DNA of 64,000 nucleotides, taken from contig JAUHWY010000005.1 of assembly GCA_030427255.1 (NCBI GenBank), positions 23,776 through 87,775 of the forward strand. Direction: 5' to 3'. The position numbers and the translations under genes are program-made. Position 1 is the stretch's first letter, and every line of letters starts with the position of its first letter. The DNA is from Bacteroidia bacterium. GTDB lineage: Bacteria > Bacteroidota > Bacteroidia > CAIKAF01. Below the pieces are notes generated by a model. That model searched no databases, was not told where the DNA came from, and saw only the letters and a list, made by a program, of their open reading frames with translations. This document shows positions 27,224 through 38,050 of this stretch, piece after piece.

Positions 27224-28695
27224 GATTTCAAGGTCCAGGTACTCTCGCTTTTTCCGTCTTTAATTTCTATGCCGGCTTGAGCCAGTCGGTCGCGAATTAA
27301 GTCACTCATGGCCCAATCTTTCTTTTGCCTCACTTCCTTTCTCAATTCCAGCACCATTTCCATTACGGTTTGTAGTATTTCTCCTTTGGACTCTCCGGCC
27401 TCCGGTTCTAAACCCAATACCTCATTAAAGAACCGACAAAAAGAGGTAGAAAGCCTGTGCCAAGCTTCAGGAAGCAACTTCAGTTCTCCTGAGGCCACCG
27501 CTTGCAGCCATTTTGCAGCCTCAAACAACTGAGCTATAAGTACAGGACTGTTGAAGTCGTCGTCCATGGCTGCTTCAGAAACTGTTAACCAGGCATCTAC
27601 TCCCGGATCGTCTTGCCCGGCTTGTGGTTGACTAGAAGAGGCTATGGCAAACGCGGCACTTAATCTTTTGTATCCTTTTTGAGCAGCTTGCAAGGCATCG
27701 TCGCTCAAGTCGAGGGTGGAGCCGTAGTGCGCCTGCATAAAGAAAAAGCGAATGGCCATTGGCGCATAGGCTCGGCTCAGCATATCGTGGTTTCCACTAA
27801 GCAGGTCACCCGGCAGCAGAAAATTCCCGTCCGACTTACTCATCTTTTTACCATTGAGGGTAAGCATATTGCCATGCAACCAATACTGAACCGGTTTAGA
27901 TTCGCCTGAAGCGGCTACGTTCTGAGCAATTTCGCATTCGTGGTGTGGAAATTTCAAGTCCATGCCTCCGCCGTGAATATCGAACCGGTTGCCAAGATAT
28001 TTGGAGCTCATAACGGAACACTCCAAATGCCAACCCGGAAAACCGTCTCCCCAAGGCGATGGCCAGCGCATAATGTGCTCCGGCGAGGCTTTTTTCCACA
28101 AAGCAAAATCTAGCGCATCTCTCTTTTCGTCTTGCCCATCTAAATTTCTGGTTCCTGCCACCAAGTCGTCGATTTGCCGACCGCTCAAAGAGCCGTAAGG
28201 GTAAATTTCACTAAACTTCCGCACATCGAAATACACGGAACCGTTCACCTCATAGGCCAAGCCCTTGTCGAGGATGGTTTGCACGGTTTGTATTTGCTCT
28301 ACAATATGTCCCGTAGCCGTAGGCTCAATAGAGGGGGGGATATTTCCAAATATGGACATTACCTCATGGAAGCCATTGGTATATTTCTGCACAATTTCCA
28401 TGGGTTCTAATTGCTCGAGCCGTGCTTTTTTGGCGATTTTATCCTCGCCTTCATCGGCATCGTTTTCCAAATGTCCTACATCCGTTATGTTTCGCACGTA
28501 GCGCACCTTGTAGCCACGGTAACGCAACCAACGATAAATCAAGTCAAAAGAAGTGAAGGTCCGTAAATTGCCCAAGTGCACGTTGTTGTATACGGTTGGC
28601 CCACATACATACATGCCCACAAAAGGAGGGTTGAGAGGTTCAAAGACTTCTTTTTGCCTACTGAGTGAATTGTACAACTTCAATTGTCCTGCCAT
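27220..28695 (-). CDS. cysS: Cysteine--tRNA ligase
   Basis: YVCGPTVY, HLGN, PGWHLECS, HGGGMDLKFPHHECE and KMSKS motifs. Confidence 0.99.
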   Translation of the reverse strand: MAGQLKLYNSLSRQKEVFEPLNPPFVGMYVCGPTVYNNVHLGNLRTFTSFDLIYRWLRYRGYKVRYVRNITDVGHLENDADEGEDKIAKKARLEQLEPMEIVQKYTNGFHEVMSIFGNIPPSIEPTATGHIVEQIQTVQTILDKGLAYEVNGSVYFDVRKFSEIYPYGSLSGRQIDDLVAGTRNLDGQDEKRDALDFALWKKASPEHIMRWPSPWGDGFPGWHLECSVMSSKYLGNRFDIHGGGMDLKFPHHECEIAQNVAASGESKPVQYWLHGNMLTLNGKKMSKSDGNFLLPGDLLSGNHDMLSRAYAPMAIRFFFMQAHYGSTLDLSDDALQAAQKGYKRLSAAFAIASSSQPQAGQDDPGVDAWLTVSEAAMDDDFNSPVLIAQLFEAAKWLQAVASGELKLLPEAWHRLSTSFCRFFNEVLGLEPEAGESKGEILQTVMEMVLELRKEVRQKKDWAMSDLIRDRLAQAGIEIKDGKSESTWTLKS

Positions 28696-28845
28696 TTTCC
28701 TTCTTTAAGCTACGAAGATAACCAATCGCCGTGTGGGTACACAAACCAAGCAAGGAATCCAGCCTATTTTTAAAGAAAAGAAAATACGATTTTTAGATGT
28801 GCAAGAGCCTACTAATAGAAAGACTTCCCGACTATTTGACCCAAA

Positions 28846-29020
28846 CCTGTGGTGCATCTGTGTCTATCTGTGCTAATCTATGACCACCTGTGGTACATCT
28901 GTGCGAATCTGTGACCATCTGTGTATATCTGTGTGTATCTGTGCGAATCCGTGGTGCATCCGTGGTGCATCCGTGGTGCATCCGTGGTGCATCTGTGGCG
29001 CACACGTGACCATCTGTGAT
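28846..29020. repeat. Degenerate 10-11-bp tandem repeat (ATCTGTG/ATCCGTG core)
   Basis: About 16-17 units, including consecutive ATCCGTGGTGC copies, upstream of the GxxExxY gene. Confidence 0.9.
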
Positions 29021-29151
29021 AAAAAAAATCACCCTACCCCATTATCGAAGTACAACTCTTGAAAAGAAAACAAACGCATAAAAAATATCTACACGCAAAC
29101 CACGTTACTTTCACTCAATTTTATTAACTTAAAACAGCAAATTTAGCACTT

Positions 29152-29523
29152 ATGGAACTAAATGATTTAACCTACAAGATTATTGGATGTGCCTACAAGG
29201 TGCACTCCAAATTAGGCCCCGGTCTACTGGAGTCAACCTATGAAGTTTGCTTAGCGTATGAGCTTATAAAAGGTGGCTTGGTCGTAGAACGGCAAAAAAC
29301 GCTGCCGGTGGTCTATGACAACATTCAACTAGAAGCCGGATACCGGATCGATCTGTTGGTAGATCACACCGTAATTCTAGAGCTCAAATCTGTAGCCGAA
29401 ATTGCACCCATTCATCAAGCGCAATTAATGACCTACCTAAAACTATCCGGATTAAAGCTGGGGCTGTTGCTTAACTTTAATGTACAGGATATGAAAAGGG
29501 GTATAAAGCGGATAATCCTTTAA
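29152..29523 (+). CDS. GxxExxY protein (PD-(D/E)XK-like)
   Basis: VHSKLGPGLLESTYE, RIDLLV, ELKSV, AQLMTYLK and GLLLNF motifs. Confidence 0.95.
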   Translation: MELNDLTYKIIGCAYKVHSKLGPGLLESTYEVCLAYELIKGGLVVERQKTLPVVYDNIQLEAGYRIDLLVDHTVILELKSVAEIAPIHQAQLMTYLKLSGLKLGLLLNFNVQDMKRGIKRIIL

Positions 29524-29527
29524 CAAT

Positions 29528-29590
29528 AATCTGTGCGAATCCGTGCAAATCTGTGGTGCACCTGTCGTGCACCCCTGCAAATCTGTGGTG
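29528..29590. repeat. Degenerate ATCTGTG tandem repeat, downstream arm
   Basis: About six units in the same orientation as the upstream array. Confidence 0.8.
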
Positions 29591-29626
29591 AAAACCTAAG
29601 CTAACCTAAACCCCCACCCAATTCAT

Positions 29627-32605
29627 CTACAGCTTACGCTTAACCTCTACCTCTTCAAAAGATTCAATGATATCACCCAACTGTATATCGTTAAACTTCT
29701 CCAAAGTCAAACCGCACTCGTAGCCCGTAGCCACTTCTTTTACGTCGTCTTTGAAGCGTTTTAGGCTACTCAGTTTGCCCGTGTGTACCACAATACCATC
29801 GCGAATAACCCGCACTTTGTTGTTGCGCTGAATCTTTCCATCCAACACATAACATCCCGCTACAGTGCCCACTTTAGTAATGCTAAACACATCGCGCACT
29901 TCCACGTTGGCGGTCACTTGCTCTTCTAAAGTAGGTGCAAGCATGCCTTCCATGGCCGCTTTTACCTCTTCGATGGCTTGGTAAATCACCGAATAGGTTC
30001 GGATATCGATTTCTTCTGCATCGGCAAGCTTGCGCACACTCGCAGATGGCCGCACCTGGAAGCCAATAATGATGGCATCGGATGCAGAGGCCAACATTAC
30101 GTCGCTTTCCGAAATGGCTCCTACAGATTTGTGTATAATGTTCACCTGAATGCTCTCCGTACTCAACTTCAACAAAGAGTCGGTCAAAGCCTCGGCTGAA
30201 CCATCGGTATCGGCCTTGATAATAACGTTCAATTGCTGGAAGTCGCCAATAGCAATACGGCGGCCAATTTCGTCCAAAGTAATGTGCTTGCGGCTGCGGA
30301 TGCCTTGTTCGCGTTGCAACTGCTGACGCTTGGTAGCAATTTCACGGGCCTCGCGTTCGTCATCCATTACATGGAATTTGTCTCCTGCTTGTGGTGCACC
30401 GCTAAGTCCCAACATACGCACCGGCATGGCCGGACCCGCAGTTTTCACAGGAACGCCACGCTCATTATACAAAGCTTTGACCCTACCGCTGTAAGGACCC
30501 GCAAGGACAACATCACCAATAGACAAGCTACCGTTTTGCACCAACAAGGTACACACGTAACCACGTCCTTTATCAAGCTGGGCCTCTATAGTTACCCCTG
30601 TAGCTCTGCGCTTAGGATTGGCTTTTAGTTCAAGCATTTCGGACTCCAACAGCACCTTGTCGAGCAAATCGGTAATGTTCAAGCCCTTTTTGGCTGAAAT
30701 CTCTTGGCACTGGTACTTTCCGCCCCACTCTTCTACCAAGTAGTTCATATTGGCCAATGCTTCCCGAATCTTATCAGGATTGGCTCCGTCTTTATCGATT
30801 TTGTTAATGGCAAAAACGATAGGTACTCCGGCAGCCTTAGCGTGATTAATAGCCTCAACAGTTTGGGGCATCACCGAGTCGTCTGCGGCAATCACAATAA
30901 TGGCTACATCCGTAATTTGTGCACCACGGGCCCGCATAGCGGTAAAGGCTTCGTGACCAGGAGTATCGATAAAAGTAATTTGCTTACCATTCTCGAGTTG
31001 CACACCATAAGCACCAATATGCTGGGTAATGCCTCCGGCTTCACCGGCAATTACATTGGCTTTACGAACGTAGTCGAGCAAAGAGGTTTTACCGTGGTCA
31101 ACGTGACCCATAACGGTTACAATAGGAGGTCTAAACTCAAGGTCTTCCTCATTGTCTACCTCTTCTTCGTCAATAGCTTCTTGAATATCGGCAGAGACAA
31201 AATTCACCTCATAGCCAAACTCCTCAGAAATGATGGAAATGGTTTCGGCGTCGAGGCGTTGGTTGATAGAGACAAACAATCCTAGGCTCATGCAGGCCGA
31301 AATAATATCGGTAACAGGCACTTCCATCATTTGAGAAAGTTCGTTAGCCGACACAAACTCGGTCACCTTGAGCACTTTCTTTTCGCGTTCTACCTCTTCG
31401 GCCTCAGATTGCAACTTTTCGCGGATACCCTCGCGCTTTTGGCGGCGGAATTTAACGGCTTTGGATTTTCCGCGTTCGCTTAACCGCGCCAGCGTCTCCT
31501 TAATTTGCTTCTGGATTTCCTCCTCGGTGAGCTCCACTTTTACGTCGGGACGCACATCGCGGCGACGTCCGCGCCCTCCTTTTTTGGCACCGCCTTGGCT
31601 TTGATTCTGGCCACCGGCGGGTGGTACGCGTTTATTAAGCTCTTTGGGTATGCGCTTTCGCTTTTTGCGCTCGCCTGAATCCTTTTTAGGAGCTTCTTTA
31701 GGCAATTCAATTTTTCCAACCACGGTTGGTCCTTCCAAGCGGTTTACTTTGGCTCGGATAACCTCTTCGGGCGTTTTCTTTTCTTCTGAATCCCCAGCAG
31801 GAGCCGGGCTTTCTTCTTCGGAAGTCTTTTCCTCTGCGGGTGCTTTTTCAGTAGCCTCCGTTTTGGCGGGAGTTTCTGCTTCGACTTCCGGGGCTTTTTC
31901 TTTTGCGGGCTCTTCGGCTTGGACGCTCGGCTTTTCTACTTCAGGTGCCGGGCTTTCTTTAGCCTTTGGCTCTGAAGCTTCTTCTTTGGCCTTAGCCTTT
32001 GCTTTCTCCGGTTTTTCTGCAGCTTTGGATTCGGCCTTTTTCGCCCCTTTTCCTTTGGCTTGGCGTTCGGGAAGTTCTATTTTCCCAAGCACTTTAAGAC
32101 CACCTGAGGGCTTGGGGCTCTCTTCCTTGGGAGATTCTTCTTTGGGAGACTCTTCTTTGGGAGCTTCGGCTATGGGCGCCTCCTCTTTTGGGGCTTCTTT
32201 GGCCGGCTCTTCGGGAGCTTTAGGCGCGGGAGCTTTAGCTTCAGGCTGTCGTGCCTGTGTTTCGGCAGAACCGGCTTCTTCTTCAGCGGCTAAGGAAGTA
32301 TCCTTAATCAGAATTTCGGCACCACCATCGTCGGAGGGCTCGTCTTCCTCTTCCTTTTTCTTGTCTTGAATGGTAACGCTGGATTTAGGCACCGAAATGG
32401 AACCCATTTGTCTGGACTTTTCCTTAACCTGTTGATCGGTTTGGTGTTCCTTGAGCAAGAGCACATACAGGTCTTGCCCAATTTTGGTATTGGGGCTGGG
32501 TTTTACATCATGGCCGTTTTTGGCCAAGGTTTCCACCAGCGTGGACATACCAACGTTGAGTTCTTTTGCAACTTTATTTAGTCTCAGCGTTTTTTCTTCT
32601 GACAT
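29627..32605 (-). CDS. infB: Translation initiation factor IF-2
   Basis: [29 protein letters not shown]; long Glu/Lys/Pro-rich N-terminal linker. Confidence 0.99.
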   Translation of the reverse strand: MSEEKTLRLNKVAKELNVGMSTLVETLAKNGHDVKPSPNTKIGQDLYVLLLKEHQTDQQVKEKSRQMGSISVPKSSVTIQDKKKEEEDEPSDDGGAEILIKDTSLAAEEEAGSAETQARQPEAKAPAPKAPEEPAKEAPKEEAPIAEAPKEESPKEESPKEESPKPSGGLKVLGKIELPERQAKGKGAKKAESKAAEKPEKAKAKAKEEASEPKAKESPAPEVEKPSVQAEEPAKEKAPEVEAETPAKTEATEKAPAEEKTSEEESPAPAGDSEEKKTPEEVIRAKVNRLEGPTVVGKIELPKEAPKKDSGERKKRKRIPKELNKRVPPAGGQNQSQGGAKKGGRGRRRDVRPDVKVELTEEEIQKQIKETLARLSERGKSKAVKFRRQKREGIREKLQSEAEEVEREKKVLKVTEFVSANELSQMMEVPVTDIISACMSLGLFVSINQRLDAETISIISEEFGYEVNFVSADIQEAIDEEEVDNEEDLEFRPPIVTVMGHVDHGKTSLLDYVRKANVIAGEAGGITQHIGAYGVQLENGKQITFIDTPGHEAFTAMRARGAQITDVAIIVIAADDSVMPQTVEAINHAKAAGVPIVFAINKIDKDGANPDKIREALANMNYLVEEWGGKYQCQEISAKKGLNITDLLDKVLLESEMLELKANPKRRATGVTIEAQLDKGRGYVCTLLVQNGSLSIGDVVLAGPYSGRVKALYNERGVPVKTAGPAMPVRMLGLSGAPQAGDKFHVMDDEREAREIATKRQQLQREQGIRSRKHITLDEIGRRIAIGDFQQLNVIIKADTDGSAEALTDSLLKLSTESIQVNIIHKSVGAISESDVMLASASDAIIIGFQVRPSASVRKLADAEEIDIRTYSVIYQAIEEVKAAMEGMLAPTLEEQVTANVEVRDVFSITKVGTVAGCYVLDGKIQRNNKVRVIRDGIVVHTGKLSSLKRFKDDVKEVATGYECGLTLEKFNDIQLGDIIESFEEVEVKRKL

Positions 32606-32681
32606 ACGTTGTTTTGATCAGGTCTTTTCCGCGGTTTGCCCTTTCTACGGGGCAAAGGTAGGGATAAATCAACTAAATGCT

Positions 32682-33920
32682 TCATTCTTCGAATTCAGCA
32701 CGCAGTACACCCAGCACCTCATTTACGGTTTCTATTTCTAAATCTGTGCGCGAAGCCAAGTCTTCGGCGCCTATTTCAAGGACTGATTTGGCAGTATCGC
32801 AACCGATGCCTTTGAGGGCGTCAATGATCCAATCTTCGATTTCGTCGCGGAAATCATCCAAGGCTACATCTTCAACGTCCGGCTCATCGTCGCGGTACAC
32901 ATCAATCTCATATTCGGTTAATCTGCTGGCCAACTTAATGTTTAAGCCTCCTTTGCCAATGGCCAAGCTCACCTGGTCCGGCTTTAAGTACACCCGTGCA
33001 CGGTGGTTTTCTTCATCCAAATCAATGCTAACCACCTTTGCAGGGCTCAAAGCCCGCTGAATAAACAGCTGGGTATTATTGGTATAATTGATTACGTCTA
33101 TGTTTTCGTTTCTCAACTCCCGAACAATCCCATGAATTCGGCTGCCTTTCATACCCACACAAGCGCCTACGGGGTCAATCCGGTCGTCAAAAGACTCTAC
33201 CGCAACCTTGGCGCGTTCGCCGGGAATGCGCACAATCTTATGAATCGTGATTAGCCCATCAAACACTTCAGGCACTTCTTGCTCAAACAGCTTTTCTAAA
33301 AATTCAGGAGCGGTACGACTCAAAATAATGGCCGGGTTGTTGTTGCGCATATCCACCTTCAACACCACAGCGCGCAGCGCTTCGCCCTTTTTGTAGAAGT
33401 CCGATGGAATCATTTCTTGTTTTGGAAGCACCAGCTCATTGCCTTCGTCGTCAAGCACCAAAAGCTCTTTACGCCATATTTGGTATACCTCGCCCGAAAT
33501 TATTTCGCCAACCCTGTCTTTGTACTTCTTATATACCGCATCTTTTTCCAAATCGTTGATGCGCGAATTAAGGTTTTGCTTCATGGCCATAATGGCACGG
33601 CGGCCAAAATCCATGAATTTCACCTCGGTGGCTACCTCTTCGCCTATTTCAAAGTCTGGCTCAATCTTTATGGCCTCTGAGTACGCAATTTGAGCGATGG
33701 GGTCTTCCACCTCTCCATCTTCTACAATTTCCCGGTTTTGCCAAATTTCCAAGTCGCCCTTATCCACATTAATAATGATGTCGAAATTGTCGACCTCGCC
33801 GTACTTTTTGACAATCATATTCCGAATCACCTCTTCCAGGATGTTCATCATGGTCACCCGGTCGATGTTCTTCTGCTCTTTAAAGTCAGCAAAGGAGTCT
33901 ATGAGAGATATGCTGTCCAT
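32682..33920 (-). CDS. nusA: Transcription termination/antitermination factor NusA
   Basis: FEQEVPEV, DPVGACVGMKGSRI and AIGKGGLN (S1/KH) motifs. Confidence 0.98.
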   Translation of the reverse strand: MDSISLIDSFADFKEQKNIDRVTMMNILEEVIRNMIVKKYGEVDNFDIIINVDKGDLEIWQNREIVEDGEVEDPIAQIAYSEAIKIEPDFEIGEEVATEVKFMDFGRRAIMAMKQNLNSRINDLEKDAVYKKYKDRVGEIISGEVYQIWRKELLVLDDEGNELVLPKQEMIPSDFYKKGEALRAVVLKVDMRNNNPAIILSRTAPEFLEKLFEQEVPEVFDGLITIHKIVRIPGERAKVAVESFDDRIDPVGACVGMKGSRIHGIVRELRNENIDVINYTNNTQLFIQRALSPAKVVSIDLDEENHRARVYLKPDQVSLAIGKGGLNIKLASRLTEYEIDVYRDDEPDVEDVALDDFRDEIEDWIIDALKGIGCDTAKSVLEIGAEDLASRTDLEIETVNEVLGVLRAEFEE

Positions 33921-33942
33921 GGCTTATAGAATGATGTTCATA

Positions 33943-34410
33943 TTATGAAAAATATATCGCTTTCTTAACGGATTTCACTTCATTAAGGGCTAAACGCCTT
34001 TGCTCACCGGCAAGAGGCGGCTTAGCGCCTGACTTGGCTTTTGCCTTAGCAAACAGGTCTAAAGTAATGCTCTCTTGATCCCAAGCCAAAAGCACACCTT
34101 CCAGCTTTTGCCCTTCGAGCAGCACTACTTCCACGGATTTGCCCACGTTTTTTTCAAACTGCACCGGATGCCTAAAAGGCCGATCTAAACCGGGAGAACT
34201 GACGGTGATTTGCCAAGCGTCAAGGGCCTCCCCGCTCTTTTCACGCAAAGCACGGGTCAGGGCAGCACAGGTCTCCACAGACACGTTCTCGGCACCATCT
34301 ACATACACCTCAGCCCTATGCTCCGCCGGCAAATTCAATTCCACCAACACTAAACTGTGCCTCTCCAACAGAGGATCCAAAATTTCTTTGATGAGATGTT
34401 CTACCGACAT
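33943..34410 (-). CDS. rimP: Ribosome maturation factor RimP
   Basis: VSSPGLDRPF motif; first gene of rimP-nusA-infB; start trimmed to ATG 34410. Confidence 0.93.
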   Translation of the reverse strand: MSVEHLIKEILDPLLERHSLVLVELNLPAEHRAEVYVDGAENVSVETCAALTRALREKSGEALDAWQITVSSPGLDRPFRHPVQFEKNVGKSVEVVLLEGQKLEGVLLAWDQESITLDLFAKAKAKSGAKPPLAGEQRRLALNEVKSVKKAIYFS

Positions 34411-34424
34411 ATTTGGCAAAAAAG

Positions 34425-34477
34425 AAAGGGGCACTTGGCCCCTTTTCCGATGTTTCGAAAAATGTTCTGCAAATATA
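34425..34477 (-). promoter_or_regulatory. rimP promoter and leader hairpin
   Basis: TATATTTG -7 box (34470-34477, minus strand) and AAAGGGGC/GCCCCTTT stem (34425-34445) just before the start. Confidence 0.65.
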
Positions 34478-34660
34478 ACACTAGATTTTGACAAATCAAA
34501 GTTTTGAATACAACCGAGGTCGTTCAACGGTTGGTTTTTCAAGTGTAAATCCCAAATCCTAGCGCTAGGATTTACGATTCGGACTGAAGCAGCTGAAAAA
34601 AATAGGCTCTAAATCCATCACTTCAAAAGAGAACCTCAAAAAGCTAAATAAAAAGGTTTT

Positions 34661-34746
34661 GGGCGTGCCCCTAAAGGGTCGGGCTATCCGCTGCAAGTCC
34701 TCGCTCGTTCCTCGCTGTGGGCTTTCCGCTGCTATCCCTCACGCGG
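34661..34746 (-). repeat. Intergenic palindromic element (Flavo-1-like), copy D, short form
   Basis: Minus strand GCGTGAGGGATAGCAGCGGAAAGCCCACAGCGAGGAACGAGCGAGGACTTGCAGCGGATAGCCCGACCC. Confidence 0.7.
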
Positions 34747-34870
34747 AAATCTTCTTAAATAAGAAAGTTTGGCGCCCAAAAGGAGGTGGGGATTTCAAGA
34801 GAGGCGGGGAATCGAGAAGGAGACCCGAGATCTCCCATCTAAACGGATGACCCTTTTTCATTTATCATTC

Positions 34871-35010
34871 AGAGAGCGGGGCACCCCGTCTTTACCCCAT
34901 CATTGAGAGACGGGAGGCATCCCGTCTTTACCGCGTTATGGAGAGACGGGAGGTATCCCGTCTTTAACGCGTCATGGAGAGACGGGAGGCATCCCGTCTT
35001 TACCACGTTA
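34871..35010. repeat. REP-like 36-bp tandem hairpin repeat
   Basis: GAGAGACGGGAGG(C/T)ATCCCGTCTTTA at 34905, 34941 and 34977, plus a degenerate copy at 34871. Confidence 0.85.
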
Positions 35011-35014
35011 TCTA

Positions 35015-35202
35015 TCATTCATCATTCATCATCCATCATTCATCATTCATCATCCATCATTCATCATCCATCATTCATCATCCATCATTCATCATCCATC
35101 ATTCATCATCCATCATTCATCATCCATCATTCATCATCCATCATTCATCATCCATCATTCATCATCCATCATTCATCATTCACCATTTATCATTATCATT
35201 CA
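35015..35202. repeat. Heptamer tandem repeat (TCATTCA/TCATCCA)
   Basis: More than 20 consecutive 7-bp units. Confidence 0.95.
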
Positions 35203-35213
35203 CCTATTCTCCC

Positions 35214-35359
35214 TTCCGGCCCGGATGCTGTGGAAAGCCCGGAAAACCAAGCCTTAGGGCAGTGTGGGAAGCGGAGGCGGAGCGCAGCAAGCCCCCGCAA
35301 GCCCCACTGCCTTTAGGCTTGGTTTGAGGACTTGAAGCAAGCAGCCGGAATTGCCGGCC
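35214..35359 (+). repeat. Intergenic palindromic element (Flavo-1-like), copy E
   Basis: 146 bp, differing from 42662-42807 at three positions. Confidence 0.9.
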
Positions 35360-35440
35360 CATAAATCCCATTAACCTTTTTTACCGTGCTTTAGTTCTAG
35401 GCCTCGCTTGGCTTAGCTAATTTTATCCAAAATTTAGTCC

Positions 35441-37489
35441 ATGCGACCACCGCTACCTTATCTTTTGTTTCCCGCCCTTGGTTTGATTATTTCGGCCTGT
35501 GGCAATCCAAATTCTGCATCTATGCAACAAGCTCAGGCCCTTGCGGCCATTGATGTTTCTCTTTTGGACAGCAACTACGCCCCACAAGACTCCTTTTTTG
35601 AATTTGTAAACCAAAAGTGGATCGAAAACAATCCCATTCCGGCCTCCAAAAGTTCTTGGGGCGCCTTTTATGAGTTGCGTGAGCAAAGTTTAGCGGCCTT
35701 AAAGGACATCCACGAAGAGGCGGCTGCTACCAAGGCGGCTGAGGGCTCTCCGGCGCACATGCTGGGCCTGTTTTGGAATTCGGCCATGGATTCCGCCGGC
35801 ATTGCACAAGCTGCTTGGACTCCGCTCCAAACCTTGTTTGCTGAAATGACTTGGACCAGTGAGCCGCGCAACCGTGCTCAACGCATAGCAACCCTTATTC
35901 GAAATGGGGGGTCTGCTCCCATTTCCATGTATGTTTACCAAGACCTTAAAAAAGCAGACCGCTATGTACTGTATTTAAATCAAGCCGGTTTGGGCTTGCC
36001 CGACCGCGACTATTATTTTAGAGAAGGGGAGCGCGCAGAAAAAATACGTGCCGCATATAAAAAATACCAGGTTGATTTGCTGTTATCCACAGGTATGTCC
36101 CCGGAAAAAGCTCTGTTGGCCGGCAAAAACATTTATGAACTAGAGAGGACTTTGGCCAAGGCCAGCATGACCCTAGAGGAATTGCGTGACCCCTATGCCA
36201 GCTACCACCCAAAATCCTTACAGGACCTTAACCAAGACTATCCACAGTTGGACTGGACCACTTTATTTAGGCGGCTGCATCTTAATACCGACAGCCTAGT
36301 GTTGGGTCAGCCTAAGTTCATGGAGCAGCTCAATAAGCTTATGGAAGAGCTTCCGGCAGAAACTTGGACCCATTATTTAAGGTTTCATACCGCCAATAGC
36401 TTTGCCAAGTACATGCATCCTGAAGCCGAGTCGCTTCGTTTTGCCTTTTATGGCACAGAGTTGAGCGGCAAAACAGAAATGGAGCCACGGTGGCAGCGAA
36501 TGGTAAGTGTGTCTGATGAATTGCTGCGGGACTTGCTAGGCCAAGAATACGTTAAAAAACACTTTGACGAGCAAGCCAAAAGCCGAGCCTTAGCCTTGGT
36601 AGAAAACCTAAAAAAGGCCCTTGGCAGCCGGCTGAGCAACTTAGATTGGATGGGAGACACCACCCGTGCAGCGGCCTTGGAAAAGCTGGACAAAATGATG
36701 GTTAAAATCGGTTATCCTGACCAGTGGAGAAGCTATGAAGGGCTGGATTTGAAAGAACAACATTTGGTCTTAAATTATCAAACAGCTCATGCCTTTGAAT
36801 TTGACCGGATGGCCAAAAAGTTGGGACAAGAAGTGGATCGCAGTGAGTGGTTTATGGGACCACAAACCGTGAATGCCTATTACAACCCAACGCTTAACGA
36901 AATTGTGTTCCCGGCCGCCATTTTGCAACCACCCTTCTTTTTTGCCGATGGAGACGATGCGGTGAATTATGGGGGTATAGGCATGGTAATTGGTCATGAA
37001 TTAACCCATGGTTTTGACGACCAAGGCCGCCAATTTGATGCCGAAGGCAACTTAAGGTCTTGGTGGACCAAGGCCGATGAGCAAAGGTTCAATACCAAAG
37101 CCTCTAGGTTTGTGCAACACTACAACGGGTACGAGCCTTTGCCCGGAGTATTCATCAATGGAGAGCTGACCCAAGGCGAAAACATTGCCGACTTAGGAGG
37201 AATGCTTATTGCTTGGGACGCCTTTAAAATCAGCAGCAAAGGTCAATCCGGCGAACCTATAGATGGATTTAGCCCGGAGCAACGTTTCTTTTTAAGCTTT
37301 GCTCAAATTTGGCGAGGCCACGACAAAGACGCCTATTTAGAGCAGAAATTGTACACAGACCCACACTCTCCTGGGAAATATAGGGTAATTGGTGTGCTTT
37401 CTAATTTCCCTGCCTTTTACGAAGCCTTTAAAGTAAAAGAAGGGCATAAACTTTGGTTGCCCGACAGTGCCCGTTGCACTATGTGGTAA
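35441..37489 (+). CDS. M13-family (neprilysin/PepO) metalloendopeptidase lipoprotein
   Basis: Lipobox ISAC; VNAYY, HELTHGFD, GENIADLGG and DPHSP motifs. Confidence 0.95.
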   Translation: MRPPLPYLLFPALGLIISACGNPNSASMQQAQALAAIDVSLLDSNYAPQDSFFEFVNQKWIENNPIPASKSSWGAFYELREQSLAALKDIHEEAAATKAAEGSPAHMLGLFWNSAMDSAGIAQAAWTPLQTLFAEMTWTSEPRNRAQRIATLIRNGGSAPISMYVYQDLKKADRYVLYLNQAGLGLPDRDYYFREGERAEKIRAAYKKYQVDLLLSTGMSPEKALLAGKNIYELERTLAKASMTLEELRDPYASYHPKSLQDLNQDYPQLDWTTLFRRLHLNTDSLVLGQPKFMEQLNKLMEELPAETWTHYLRFHTANSFAKYMHPEAESLRFAFYGTELSGKTEMEPRWQRMVSVSDELLRDLLGQEYVKKHFDEQAKSRALALVENLKKALGSRLSNLDWMGDTTRAAALEKLDKMMVKIGYPDQWRSYEGLDLKEQHLVLNYQTAHAFEFDRMAKKLGQEVDRSEWFMGPQTVNAYYNPTLNEIVFPAAILQPPFFFADGDDAVNYGGIGMVIGHELTHGFDDQGRQFDAEGNLRSWWTKADEQRFNTKASRFVQHYNGYEPLPGVFINGELTQGENIADLGGMLIAWDAFKISSKGQSGEPIDGFSPEQRFFLSFAQIWRGHDKDAYLEQKLYTDPHSPGKYRVIGVLSNFPAFYEAFKVKEGHKLWLPDSARCTMW

Positions 37490-37517
37490 GATTCAGGGAT
37501 TCCTTACATTTGCAGCA

Positions 37518-38039
37518 ATGTTTCCTCATTTCGCTCAAGTGCCGACACCCATTTTGGAGAAAGCCGGCCGAATAAAACTCCTCATTACCGATTGCGACGG
37601 CGTACTCACCGATACCGGTGTGTATGTTGGTTCGGAAGGAGAGCTAATGAAGCGTTTCTCTATACGCGACGGCATGGGTGTGGAGCGTTTAAGAGAGCTG
37701 GTGGGAGTGGCATCGGGCATTATGACCGGAGAACAATCTCAAGCAGTGGCTCAAAGGGCAAAAAAACTTCAAATGCCGCATTTGTTTTTGGGTGCCAAAA
37801 ACAAGGGTGCATTGCTCAAAACCTTGCTGGAGCAAGAACAGCTGTCCCCTGAAGAGTTAGCCTACATTGGCGACGACACCAACGATTTAGAGGCCCTTAG
37901 CTTGGCAGGGCTCAGCTGCTGCCCCGGCGATGCCATGCCTATTGCCGCTGAAATTTCCGACTATCAATGCCTAACTCCCGGAGGGCAGGGAGCCTTTAGA
38001 GAGGTGGCAGAACTCATTATTTTCGCAAAACAACGTTGA
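37518..38039 (+). CDS. KdsC/YrbI-family HAD phosphatase
   Basis: DCDGVLTD, RDGMG, YIGDDTND and GGQGAFRE motifs; TACATTTG box at 37505. Confidence 0.92.
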   Translation: MFPHFAQVPTPILEKAGRIKLLITDCDGVLTDTGVYVGSEGELMKRFSIRDGMGVERLRELVGVASGIMTGEQSQAVAQRAKKLQMPHLFLGAKNKGALLKTLLEQEQLSPEELAYIGDDTNDLEALSLAGLSCCPGDAMPIAAEISDYQCLTPGGQGAFREVAELIIFAKQR

Positions 38040-38050
38040 ATCAAAAACTT

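Noticed and set aside
28832..29062. Two short ORFs over the ATCTGTG repeats
   Set aside because: Translation products of the tandem repeat.
31644..32369. 241-aa Ser/Ala-rich plus-strand ORF and 15-bp KEESP repeats
   Set aside because: Antisense of the low-complexity IF-2 linker; such repeats are ordinary for infB.
34905..35010. CRISPR array (36-bp period)
   Set aside because: The whole unit is 36 bp with only a short, near-identical linker; there are no unique spacers.
34903..35327. His/Ser/Ile-rich ORFs (also 42533-42775)
   Set aside because: Open frames created by the heptamer tract and the palindromic element; their shared C-terminus reflects the DNA repeat.
35441..37489. M13 peptidase as the processing or degrading enzyme of the IIVDELQH peptides
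   Set aside because: It lies about 18 kb away and is a common Bacteroidota gene; nothing in the sequence links it to the peptide locus.
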